Assembly: GCA_041484365.1 (NCBI GenBank)
Contig: JBGPHM010000011.1
Coordinates: 2,723-66,722 of the forward strand
Length of the DNA: 64,000 bases
Reading direction: 5' to 3'
From: Terriglobia bacterium
Lineage (GTDB): Bacteria; Acidobacteriota; Terriglobia; Acidiferrales; UBA7541
How positions within the stretch are numbered: the stretch's first letter is position 1; every line of letters starts with the position of its first letter. Of this stretch, positions 1 to 8,437 are shown in pieces. The position numbers were made by a program, and so were the translations under genes. The notes below the pieces were generated by a model. It ran no database searches, had not been told where the DNA came from, and saw nothing but the letters and a program-made list of their open reading frames with translations.

Positions 1-96
1 CATCGCGCGGTAGAATTCGGTGCTCCGTACAACGTCTCTCACATGGATCGCCACATGTACTTTCAATGCCTGCACTTTGTTCTCGCTCATGGTCAT
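1..96 (-). CDS. VOC (glyoxalase/bleomycin-resistance/dioxygenase) family protein; only the N-terminal 32 codons are present and the gene runs off the window
   Basis: Minus-strand ATG at 94-96. Translation to the window edge is MTMSENKVQALKVHVAIHVRDVVRSTEFYRAM, which resembles the beta-alpha-beta opening of VOC proteins (ArsI/CadI/glyoxalase types). It is divergent from an ArsR-family gene. It is too short for the ORF track. Confidence 0.45.
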   Translation of the reverse strand, partial: MTMSENKVQALKVHVAIHVRDVVRSTEFYRAM

Positions 97-191
97 CTCC
101 CGCGGCTACACATATGCGTATAGCCGTATGCATTGGGACACTACGCTCCGCGAATGTATATGTCAAGCCGCATATGTTATATAATGTCGCC

Positions 192-617
192 ATGGCGAAG
201 ACTCAACCCAACTTCTCTCTTGATCTCCTGTTTCGCGCGCTGGCGGACCCCACCCGGCTGCGCCTGTTGAACCTTATCGCGGACAAAGAGATCTGCGTCT
301 GCTACTTCGTTGAAATACTCCGCATTAGCCAGCCAAAGGTCTCCCGACATCTCGCGTACCTCCGCCGGGCCGGAATTGTGGCGGCGAGACGCGAGGGAAA
401 GTGGATGCACTATCGCCTGGTGTCCCCCAGAAATAGGGCCGCTCTCGCCATCCTTCGCGAAACGCTCAAGCATTTTGGCGAAAACCCTGAAATGCGCAGG
501 GATCTTTCACGGCTTAGCTCCGCTTGTTGTGTCCCCCAAAGATTTGAGTCAATTCAGAATGCTCCACAGCCTGCTTCCCTTCCCGCCCGAAAATCCTTGA
601 CGGCTGCCGCGGGCTGA
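192..617 (+). CDS. ArsR/SmtB-family metalloregulatory repressor
   Basis: Lies within ORF 66..617. The winged-HTH core LADPTRLRLLNLIADKEICVCYFVEILRISQPKVSRHLAYLRRAGIV carries the CVC motif of As(III)-type ArsR. There is an extra CC pair near the C-terminus (SSACCVP). The start is set at ATG-192 (MAKTQ) because the upstream part of the ORF is AT-rich and promoter-like. ATG-174 is an alternative start. Confidence 0.85.
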   Translation: MAKTQPNFSLDLLFRALADPTRLRLLNLIADKEICVCYFVEILRISQPKVSRHLAYLRRAGIVAARREGKWMHYRLVSPRNRAALAILRETLKHFGENPEMRRDLSRLSSACCVPQRFESIQNAPQPASLPARKSLTAAAG

Positions 618-757
618 ATTGGCAGCGCCGGATAACAGACCTGTTCGCCGGAAGGAAAAGCGATCCGCGCCGGGGCGCAAGCCCGCGCGCCATATGCTAA
701 TCTTGAAAACGCCTCATTTCACATTGACCAAACTTGGCGAGGCCGGAGAGACCTGAC

Positions 758-2620
758 GTGTGCGGGATCGTTGGCTATATCGGGCCTAAAAAAGTTGTCC
801 CACTGATTCTGGAGGGACTCCGAATGTTGGAGTACCGCGGCTACGATTCCGCGGGAATCGCCGTGGTTACGCGCGACGGCAAGATGGATATCCGCCGGGC
901 CTCGGGAAAGCTGCGCAAACTCGAAGAGGCGATTCAGGCCCATCCCCTTGAGGGGGTTTACGGAGTGGGCCACACACGCTGGGCGACTCATGGCCGGCCG
1001 ACGGAAGAAAACGCGCATCCCCATCGCGACTGCACGGGCGAAATCGTGGTCGTCCATAACGGCATCATCGAGAATTATGTTGAGCTGAAGCGCCAACTGA
1101 TCGCCGAAGGCCACAAATTCGTCACGGAAACCGACACAGAAGTCGTCGCGCATCTGGTGGAGAAGAATTGGAAAGGCGGCCCGCTCGAAGACGCAGTGCG
1201 GAAAACCGTCAAGCAATTGCACGGAATATTCGCGCTGGTGATTCTTTCTTCGCGCGACCCGAACAAAATCGTTGCCGCACGGCTTGGCCCGCCCGCGGTA
1301 CTCGGACTCGGACAGGGCGAGTACTTCGTTGCCAGTGACATCCCCGCCCTGCTGGCTCACACCAAAGACGTGACGTTTCTCGCTGATGGCGACCTGGCCA
1401 TTCTCACTTCGTCCGGCGCGCGAATTACGGATTTCGATGGCAATCAGGTGGTCCGGCCGGTGCAGCACATCACCTGGGACGCTGTGATGGCCGAAAAGGG
1501 CGGCTACAAACATTTCATGCTCAAGGAGATTTTTGAGCAGCCGCGCGCCGTCCGTGACACGCTTTCCAACCGCATTTCCCTCGACACCGGGAAAGTCTTC
1601 CTTGACGCGATGGAAATCACCGAAAGTGATTTCCACAATTTTACCAGCGTTAAGATTGTCGCTTGCGGTACGAGCTGGCACGCGGCCCTGGCCGGGAAAT
1701 TCATGATCGAGCGGCTCGCGCGAATCCCCGTGGAAGTGGACTACGGCAGCGAGTTCCGCTACCGCGATCCCATCATTGACAAGGACACGCTGTGCATTTG
1801 CATCAGCCAGTCCGGCGAAACCGCGGATACGCTTGCCGCACAACGCGAAGCGAAACACAAAGGCGCGAAGACGCTCGCGATTTGCAATGTGCTGGGCTCG
1901 ATGATTACGCGCGAGGCCGCCGGTTCCATCATCACGCACGCAGGGCCGGAAATCGGCGTTGCATCCACGAAGGCGTTCACGGGCCAACTTTCGGCGCTGG
2001 CGCTCGTCGCGCTGTACCTTGCGCAAGTGCGCGAGCGCTTGACCGCGGATTGCGCCCGCCAACTGATGCAGGAATTGACGCGGATACCGCACAAAATGGA
2101 GACGATCCTGCAAGCCGAAAACATGGCGCTTTACGATGGGCTGGCGCGGAAATTGTCGGGCCATTCTGATTTCCTCTACCTTGGCAGGGGCATCCACTAC
2201 CCCATCGCGCTCGAAGGCGCGTTGAAACTCAAAGAAATCTCTTACATTCACGCGGAGGGATATCCGGCAGGCGAGATGAAGCACGGCCCCAATGCGTTGA
2301 TCGACAATGAGCTGCCGGTTGTGGTGATTGCCACGCGCGACGAAAAAGATCCGGAATCAATGACTCGCTATGAGAAAACCGTTTCAAACATTAAAGAAGT
2401 GAAAGCGCGCGAAGGTATCGTCCTTACGATCGGCACGAAGGGCGACCAACTTGCGCGCGATGCATCGGACCACATTGTCGAGCTGCCGATGGCGCCCGAC
2501 CTCTTTTCGCCGATGCTCGAGGTGATTCCTCTCCAGCTTCTCGCTTACCACATTGCCGTCCGCAGGGGATGCGATGTGGACCAGCCGCGCAACCTCGCCA
2601 AATCCGTCACTGTCGAATAA
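758..2620 (+). CDS. glmS: glutamine--fructose-6-phosphate aminotransferase (isomerising)
   Basis: Lies within ORF 734..2620. GTG-758 is preceded by GGAGAG, which makes Cys residue 2 (CGIVGYIG, the Ntn amidotransferase nucleophile). Two SIS domains are present and the C-terminus is the typical ...LAKSVTVE. Confidence 0.97.
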   Translation: MCGIVGYIGPKKVVPLILEGLRMLEYRGYDSAGIAVVTRDGKMDIRRASGKLRKLEEAIQAHPLEGVYGVGHTRWATHGRPTEENAHPHRDCTGEIVVVHNGIIENYVELKRQLIAEGHKFVTETDTEVVAHLVEKNWKGGPLEDAVRKTVKQLHGIFALVILSSRDPNKIVAARLGPPAVLGLGQGEYFVASDIPALLAHTKDVTFLADGDLAILTSSGARITDFDGNQVVRPVQHITWDAVMAEKGGYKHFMLKEIFEQPRAVRDTLSNRISLDTGKVFLDAMEITESDFHNFTSVKIVACGTSWHAALAGKFMIERLARIPVEVDYGSEFRYRDPIIDKDTLCICISQSGETADTLAAQREAKHKGAKTLAICNVLGSMITREAAGSIITHAGPEIGVASTKAFTGQLSALALVALYLAQVRERLTADCARQLMQELTRIPHKMETILQAENMALYDGLARKLSGHSDFLYLGRGIHYPIALEGALKLKEISYIHAEGYPAGEMKHGPNALIDNELPVVVIATRDEKDPESMTRYEKTVSNIKEVKAREGIVLTIGTKGDQLARDASDHIVELPMAPDLFSPMLEVIPLQLLAYHIAVRRGCDVDQPRNLAKSVTVE

Positions 2621-2628
2621 ATCTGGTT

Positions 2629-2648
2629 GGACGTGAATTTTCACGTCC
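2629..2648 (+). terminator. hairpin downstream of glmS (possible terminator)
   Basis: Perfect 8-bp stem ggacgtga/tcacgtcc with a 4-nt loop, 9 nt after the glmS stop. The following T-tract is weak (cattaccctt). Confidence 0.35.
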
Positions 2649-2672
2649 ATTACCCTTAGAATAGGGTGGGGG

Positions 2673-4052
2673 ATGGCTGTGCGCGGTTCCAGCATTTTCA
2701 ATACAATGAAAACGAGTGCGCTGATTCTCGCCGTGGCTGCGTTTTCCATCGCGGCCTCGCTGGACGCTCGGACGCAGAATCCCCCGCAAACACCGCCGCA
2801 GACGTCGCCAGCACTGCAAACCCCATCCGCTTCCGGCAGGATTGCAGATATCAAAGTGACCGGATCGCAAAAACATTCCGCGGCGGAGCTTGCCTACGCA
2901 AGCGGAATCAAAGTGGGTGATGTCGTCACCAAAGAGCAGTTACAGGCCGCCGCAACCCACCTTGCCAATTCGGGCCTGGTCTCCAATGTGAATTACAAGT
3001 TCAGCACAGACACCGCGGGCGTGCACGTCGTGTTCGAGGTGCAGGACGAAGAGTCCGTGCCCGTGCTGTTCGATAATTTCCCATGGTTTTCCGACGCGGA
3101 GCTCGGCGCGGCGTTGCAGCAAGCCGTGGGCGTCTTTGAGGGCATGGCGCCGCCCCAAGGCGACATTCTCGACAAGATGACTTCCGCGCTGCAAGACTTG
3201 CTGTTTTCACACGGAATCCACGGGCGCGTTGAACACACGTTGCTCGAGCGTCCCGATTCTCCGGTCCAGGTGATGCAATTCACGGTGACCGGACTCGTCG
3301 TGAAAGTGACCGGTATTACGTTTACGGACCCGCTGGCGATGAAGTCCATTGATGTAAGCGCACGGCTCGTAGACGCCGTGGGACAGCCTTATTCGCGCAT
3401 GACTCTTATCACATTCGATTTCGAGCAAGTCCGGCCGGTCTATCTGACTAATGGATACTTGAAGGTTGAATTTGGAACGCCAACAGCAGTGCTCACGGGA
3501 GAAACGGCACCTACTGGTGAAAAAACTGTGCGTGTGACGGTGCCGGTTACGCCGGGAGTGCAATACAAATTTGGAGGCATCGCCTGGGCAGGCAACACCG
3601 CGTTCTCCAGCGAGGCTTTGATACATTCAATTCCTCTTGCTCCTGGAATGATTGCCGACGGAAACAAGTTTCAAGGAGCCGTGCAAAAGATCATCCAGCA
3701 ATACGCGCACGTTGGATATCTGGACGCGCAGGTGGACCCACAGCCTCAATTCGATGACGCAGCCGCAAAGGTTTCCTATCAAATGAGAGTGACCGAAGGG
3801 CCGCAATACCGGATGGGCAACCTCGTGATTACCGGCCTCTCACTTGATGGCGAAAGGAAATTGCGGGCCGCGTGGACGCTGGCGCAGGGCTCCCCATTCG
3901 ACCAGGATTATTTCGATAACTTTGTTTCGAGGATGAGCAAACCGACGCCGGAAGTTTTCGGAAACATTCCTGTCCACTATGACAAGATCGGCGACCTGGC
4001 GCGCCGCGACGAACAGAATCATACAGTGGATGTGTTACTCGATTTCCAATGA
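2673..4052 (+). CDS. exported POTRA-repeat protein without an Omp85-type beta-barrel
   Basis: Signal-like N-terminus MKTSALILAVAAFSIAAS. POTRA-like units include IADIKVTGSQKHSAAELAYASGIKVGDVVTKEQLQAAATHLANSGLVSNVNYKF and YRMGNLVITGLSLDGERKLRAAW. The ORF ends with DVLLDFQ and no barrel follows. ATG-2706 is an alternative start. Confidence 0.7.
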   Translation: MAVRGSSIFNTMKTSALILAVAAFSIAASLDARTQNPPQTPPQTSPALQTPSASGRIADIKVTGSQKHSAAELAYASGIKVGDVVTKEQLQAAATHLANSGLVSNVNYKFSTDTAGVHVVFEVQDEESVPVLFDNFPWFSDAELGAALQQAVGVFEGMAPPQGDILDKMTSALQDLLFSHGIHGRVEHTLLERPDSPVQVMQFTVTGLVVKVTGITFTDPLAMKSIDVSARLVDAVGQPYSRMTLITFDFEQVRPVYLTNGYLKVEFGTPTAVLTGETAPTGEKTVRVTVPVTPGVQYKFGGIAWAGNTAFSSEALIHSIPLAPGMIADGNKFQGAVQKIIQQYAHVGYLDAQVDPQPQFDDAAAKVSYQMRVTEGPQYRMGNLVITGLSLDGERKLRAAWTLAQGSPFDQDYFDNFVSRMSKPTPEVFGNIPVHYDKIGDLARRDEQNHTVDVLLDFQ

Positions 4053-4120
4053 CGAATTGATTTCGCGTGGCAGATTGTTGCGCCGCCCGCTTGCGCCGGG
4101 AATCAGGATACAATTCTCGT

Positions 4121-5524
4121 ATGAAACGGGACCTTTCTCATTCAGCTCGCAATGTTGCCGTCGCAATCGGCATCGTGTTGATTGGCGCGGCGCTTTCTAC
4201 GGGCGCTGGATTTGCCGCCGCGCGGCAACAAAGCGGCCAACAACAAGGCCAGCAGCAAGGCCCCGCGTCGAAGCAGACTCCTCCCCCTGCGCAACCTGGT
4301 AGACCACCGGCAGTCACGCCGCAGCCCGGGCCCCAGACCCCGCCTCCGCCGGATTCGGAGGCCGAACTGCAGAAGGCTGTGCAAGCCGCAGGCAATGACA
4401 AGGCCGCATTTGTGCAAAACCTCGAGGAGTATTTGAAGCGTTTTCCAAATTCCCCGCGCAAGGATGCAATCTACCGTGCGCTGGTGGACGCGGAAATCCA
4501 GCTCCGCGAAACCGCGAAGGCCATCGAGTATGCCGAACGCTGTGTGGCCGCCAATCCAAATGATTCACAGATGATGATGGTTGCCGCAAATCTTCTGGAA
4601 CTGCAAGGAGAGGATGGCGGACTGCAGCGCGCGATTGGATACGTGACGAGCGTGCTGGAGACCGTGCAAAAGGCCAAAATCGAGGAAAAGCCCGCGCGCG
4701 ATTCCGAGGCGGATTGGATTGCGGAGAAAAAGTCCGCGGAGATGACGCTCTATCTTTTGCGTGGAAAGCTGCAATTGGGCCGCCATGCGCCAGACCTGGC
4801 GCTTGCTGATCTGCGCGCCAGTTACAAGACTGAACCGAATCCGGGCGCGGCGATGAAGCTCGGGGAGATTGCGGAGACACAGAAAAAGAGCGATGAAGCG
4901 ATTGATCAATATCTTCTGGCATTTGTATTGCCCTCGCGTCAAGGCTCGACGGTTGACCTTGCCGAAGTGCGGAAGAAACTTGGCGCAATGTGGCAGGCTT
5001 CCCACGGGAGCCAGTCAGGACTGGGCGAGCGAATCCTGGCAGCTTATGACAAGGTGAATCAGCCGGCGAACGCGACGGCGAGCACGCCCAATTCCGGCGC
5101 AAAAGACCCCTATGCGTTTGTCCTGAGCCGGCCGGGCGCGGCAACGCCACTGAAGATGGCGGACGAGCGCGGCAAGGTGGTGATTCTGGATTTCTGGGCG
5201 ACCTGGTGCGGAATTTGCCGCGAATCGGAACCACTGCTGGAGCAGGTGGGGAAAATGTTCGCGCAATCAAATGACATTGTCTTCCTCGCGGTGAATAACG
5301 ACGAGGACCGTACGCGTGTGGCGCCATTTCTGGAAAAACAGAAAATCAACGGGACAGTGGTCTATGCCGACGGGCTGGACGATTTGTTTAGTGTGCGGGC
5401 GTTGCCAACGTTTATTGTGCTCGACCGCGCGGGAAAAATTGTTTATCGCGCGGAGGGCGTGGACCAGCAAACATTTGTGACAAGCCTGATGCGCGTGATT
5501 CTCGACGCAGCGAAACCACAGTGA
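4121..5524 (+). CDS. membrane-anchored TPR protein with a C-terminal TlpA-like thioredoxin domain
   Basis: The ORF opens at GTG-4067; ATG-4121 (MKRDLSHS) precedes the single TM VAVAIGIVLIGAAL. A Q/P-rich linker and TPR-like helices follow. The C-terminal redoxin motif is VVILDFWATWCGICRESEP...ALPTFIVLD. Confidence 0.8.
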   Translation: MKRDLSHSARNVAVAIGIVLIGAALSTGAGFAAARQQSGQQQGQQQGPASKQTPPPAQPGRPPAVTPQPGPQTPPPPDSEAELQKAVQAAGNDKAAFVQNLEEYLKRFPNSPRKDAIYRALVDAEIQLRETAKAIEYAERCVAANPNDSQMMMVAANLLELQGEDGGLQRAIGYVTSVLETVQKAKIEEKPARDSEADWIAEKKSAEMTLYLLRGKLQLGRHAPDLALADLRASYKTEPNPGAAMKLGEIAETQKKSDEAIDQYLLAFVLPSRQGSTVDLAEVRKKLGAMWQASHGSQSGLGERILAAYDKVNQPANATASTPNSGAKDPYAFVLSRPGAATPLKMADERGKVVILDFWATWCGICRESEPLLEQVGKMFAQSNDIVFLAVNNDEDRTRVAPFLEKQKINGTVVYADGLDDLFSVRALPTFIVLDRAGKIVYRAEGVDQQTFVTSLMRVILDAAKPQ

Positions 5525-5549
5525 TGGTGACACATCACGAGAGCGCGGG

Positions 5550-6473
5550 CTACACAAACTTGCGATGGGTGAGCGAGGCGTCGCGAGCGGCGAAGATTGT
5601 GTTGCAGTGGATACGCACGGTATCTTCCACGCGGCGCGCGTAGCCGCCCGCAAGTGTAATCGCGACGGGGATTCCCAACCTCGCGCTTAATTCAAAAACG
5701 ATTTTGTCGCGCCGCTGCAAGCCTTCCAGCGTGAGTGACAATCCACCAAGTTGGTCCTCGCCGTACGGATCCGCGCCGCCCACATAGAAAACCATGTCCG
5801 GATGGAAATCCGCCAGGGCGCGAACCCATCCGCGCTCGAAGATGGCGATATAATCGGCGTCTGCGATGCGATCCGGCAAATGCAAATCCATATTCGATGG
5901 CGGCTTGCGCGAAGGATAATTATTTTCCTGATGGATGCTCAGCGTGTACACGCTGGTATCGTCGTGAAAAATTGCCGCGGTGCCGTTGCCGTGATGGACA
6001 TCGGTGTCCACAACCATCGCGGTGCGAATGAGCTCGTCGGACTGCATGCGGCGAATGGCGATGGCGACATCGTGGATCATGCAGAAGCCTTCGCCGTGAT
6101 CCGGGAAGGCGTGATGGAAGCCGCCGCCGATGTTCGCTGCAAAACCGTCCATGCGTGCATGGCGCGCGGCAAGCAGTGTGCCCCCGGCGGAAAGCCAAAA
6201 CGCGCGCACCGTTTCAGGGCCTGCGGGAATCTCCAGGCGCATGGCGTCGTAGGCGCCGAGCGTGCCGGTCTTCAATTTGTGGACGTACTCCTCATCGTGG
6301 ACTCGGAGGACGTCGGCGTCATCAATCAGGTCAGGGCGGAGAAAATCTTCAGCAGTGGCGATTCCCTCCGAGAGCAAGGCCTCGCGGACGAGGCGATATT
6401 TCTGCGAGGGGAAAACGTGAGCGCCGAGGTGCAGGTCGTAATCTTCGTGATAGACGAGCTTAAAAGGGAGCAT
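5550..6473 (-). CDS. histone deacetylase / acetoin-utilisation (AcuC-like) family deacetylase
   Basis: Class-I/II HDAC catalytic motifs are present: GGGFHHAFPDHGEGFCMIHDVAIA and DTDVHHGNGT. Confidence 0.9.
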   Translation of the reverse strand: MLPFKLVYHEDYDLHLGAHVFPSQKYRLVREALLSEGIATAEDFLRPDLIDDADVLRVHDEEYVHKLKTGTLGAYDAMRLEIPAGPETVRAFWLSAGGTLLAARHARMDGFAANIGGGFHHAFPDHGEGFCMIHDVAIAIRRMQSDELIRTAMVVDTDVHHGNGTAAIFHDDTSVYTLSIHQENNYPSRKPPSNMDLHLPDRIADADYIAIFERGWVRALADFHPDMVFYVGGADPYGEDQLGGLSLTLEGLQRRDKIVFELSARLGIPVAITLAGGYARRVEDTVRIHCNTIFAARDASLTHRKFV

Positions 6474-6501
6474 GGGGCGTCAGAAAAACCAAAATCGCAC
6501 T

Positions 6502-7473
6502 TTAACTTTCGCGCGAGAGGATGAAGTCGGGCACGCTCAAGAGCGCACGGCCGAATTCGGATTTTGCCGCGCCGTTGAGCGAAGCTTTGGCGCGGGCCGC
6601 ATAGTCACATGCAAGTACGCGGGCGCGATCGAGAGCGCCAGTCTCATGGACAAGTGCGGTAATCTGCTCCGGCCGCACACTGCGGAAATCCTTTTCTTCA
6701 AGGACGGTCGAGACAAGGCGGCGTCCCGACGCGCCGTTGCTTGCGAGCGCGTAAATCAGCGGCAGCGTGACTTTTCCTTCCTTGAGATCGCTCAATACCG
6801 GCTTGCCGAGTTGTGATGGCGAGGCCGTGAAGTCCAGCATGTCGTCCACTAGCTGGAACGCGAGGCCCGCATAGCGTCCATATTCGGAGAGGGCTTGTTC
6901 CGTATGGTCATCCTGGCGGCCAAGCACGGCGCCGAGGCGCGCGCAGCCGGAGAATAGGCACGCGGTCTTGCGCAGGCAAAGTTCAAGCGCGTCTTGTTCG
7001 GTCAAATCAATGCGCCCGATGTGCGTGAGCTGAAGAAGCTCGCCTTCAACCATGTTCTGCGTCAACTCAATGAGGAGGTCGAGGACGCGGAAATTGCGCT
7101 CGGTGAGCGCCATCTGGAACGCCTGCATGTAAAGCCAGTCGCCGGCGAGGACGCTCATGTGATTGCCCCAGCGAGCGTTTGATGAAGGGCGTCCGCGACG
7201 AAGCTCGGCGCTGTCGATTACGTCATCATGAATCAGCGTGGCGCTGTGAATGAGTTCGACGACCGCGCCGAGACGGATGGCAGCGTCGCCCTGATAATTG
7301 GAATAACGAGCGGCCAGCAAGAGGAGCGCGGGGCGGAGCCGCTTCCCTCCTCCGCCAAGGAGATACTGCCCAATTTCCGCGACGGGCTCGAGGGCCGAGC
7401 CGCTCTGGACGTCCAGCTCCTGCTCGACGCGCGCGAGGTCGTCGCGCACAAGGTCAAAAATCTCTTTAGCCAT
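6502..7473 (-). CDS. polyprenyl diphosphate synthase (IspB-like long-chain trans-prenyltransferase)
   Basis: First and second Asp-rich motifs are present: LIHDDVIDSAELRRGRPS and FQLVDDMLD. The ORF opens at 7524; ATG-7473 (MAKEIFDLV) gives the typical length of about 323 aa. Confidence 0.9.
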   Translation of the reverse strand: MAKEIFDLVRDDLARVEQELDVQSGSALEPVAEIGQYLLGGGGKRLRPALLLLAARYSNYQGDAAIRLGAVVELIHSATLIHDDVIDSAELRRGRPSSNARWGNHMSVLAGDWLYMQAFQMALTERNFRVLDLLIELTQNMVEGELLQLTHIGRIDLTEQDALELCLRKTACLFSGCARLGAVLGRQDDHTEQALSEYGRYAGLAFQLVDDMLDFTASPSQLGKPVLSDLKEGKVTLPLIYALASNGASGRRLVSTVLEEKDFRSVRPEQITALVHETGALDRARVLACDYAARAKASLNGAAKSEFGRALLSVPDFILSRES

Positions 7474-7534
7474 CAACAGCTGGATGGGCGATCTCCCTTC
7501 AGGTGTTGGACACCCTGCGCGCATAGGTTAGCGA

Positions 7535-8389
7535 CTATGTGCCTGCAGCGTCCGCTTGCAGCTTAAAAAAGCGGCGAAAGTTATACGACGTTGCCGCCGC
7601 CAAATCCCCGACTGGCAAGTTTCTCACAGTCGCAAGCGTCCGCGCCACCTCGACGACATAGGCGGGCTCGTTGCGGCGCCCGCGGTGAGACTGCGGCGCT
7701 AGATAGGGACAATCCGTCTCGATCAAGATGGAATCGAGAGGGAGCTGGTGCGCGACGTCGCGCAGATTCTGCGATTTCGGATAGGTGACGTTTCCGGCGA
7801 AGGAAATCAGGAAACCCATGTCCAGGCCGCGGCGGGCTTCGTCGAGAGTGCCGCTGAAGCAGTGGAAGATGCCGCCAAACCCGGAGCTGCGCCAATCGGA
7901 GTCGAGAATGTTGATGCAATCGGGCCAGGCCTCGCGGCAATGTATGACGACCGGAAGCTTCGCTTCGCGGGCGAGGGCAAGCTGGCGTCGAAAGACGACG
8001 TGCTGAATTTCGCGCGGAGAAAAATCATAGTGATAGTCGAGTCCGATTTCGCCCCAGGCGATTACGCGCGGGTGCTTCGCTAGTCTCTCAAGTTCCAAAA
8101 GATGAGTGTCCGTGACCTGTGCGGATTCATGCGGGTGAATGCCGACGGTGGCCCAGATCCAATCGTGCGCATCGGCGAAGGGTAAAGCGGAGTCGAGCTT
8201 TTCGGGGCCGGGGCCCGTGCCGATGGCGAGCATGGCGGTGACTCCCGCGGCGCGGGCGCGTTCGAGCATGGCGGGGCGGTCCTCGTTGAATTGCGAGAAG
8301 TCTATGTGGGCGTGGGAGTCGATGAGGTCCATGGCGTTAATGGTCAACGGTGCTGATTGAAACGGATCCTTCGGGCCGTTCAAAACCAT
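7535..8389 (-). CDS. TatD-family metal-dependent hydrolase/DNase
   Basis: Contains LIDSHAHID...GEIGLDYHY...VIHCREA...ETDCPYLAP. ATG-8389 has GAGGG 3 nt upstream. ATG-8332 (MDLIDSHAH) is an alternative start. Confidence 0.9.
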   Translation of the reverse strand: MVLNGPKDPFQSAPLTINAMDLIDSHAHIDFSQFNEDRPAMLERARAAGVTAMLAIGTGPGPEKLDSALPFADAHDWIWATVGIHPHESAQVTDTHLLELERLAKHPRVIAWGEIGLDYHYDFSPREIQHVVFRRQLALAREAKLPVVIHCREAWPDCINILDSDWRSSGFGGIFHCFSGTLDEARRGLDMGFLISFAGNVTYPKSQNLRDVAHQLPLDSILIETDCPYLAPQSHRGRRNEPAYVVEVARTLATVRNLPVGDLAAATSYNFRRFFKLQADAAGT

Positions 8390-8437
8390 CGGCCCTCAGG
8401 ATGACAATGTTTTTTTACGCGCCGACAGATCCAGTTT

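Noticed and set aside
618-757. Possible glmS ribozyme in the 140-nt region upstream of glmS. The segment GGCAGCGCCGGATAAC superficially resembles the AGCGCCAGAACU start of the ribozyme.
   Set aside because: The conserved core elements that I remember (for example GACGAGG and the P2.1/P2.2 pseudoknot segments) are absent, and the spacer is too short for the full fold. An Infernal scan with RF00234 would settle it.
719-2284. Very long antisense or out-of-frame ORFs opposite clearly homologous genes. Examples: 719-2284, 4314-5327, 5751-6524, 9518-10564, 16322-17050, 20798-21631, 24401-25147, 28473-29186, 31968-32690, 34695-35375, 36564-37352, 37795-38550, 43585-44367, 44917-45801, 46308-46961, 49978-50697 and 55151-56224.
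   Set aside because: Their composition is Arg/Ala/Gly/Pro-rich and low-complexity. They have no recognisable motifs. Each sits exactly opposite, or frame-shifted within, a gene with strong family signatures. This is the usual stop-codon depletion of GC-rich DNA.
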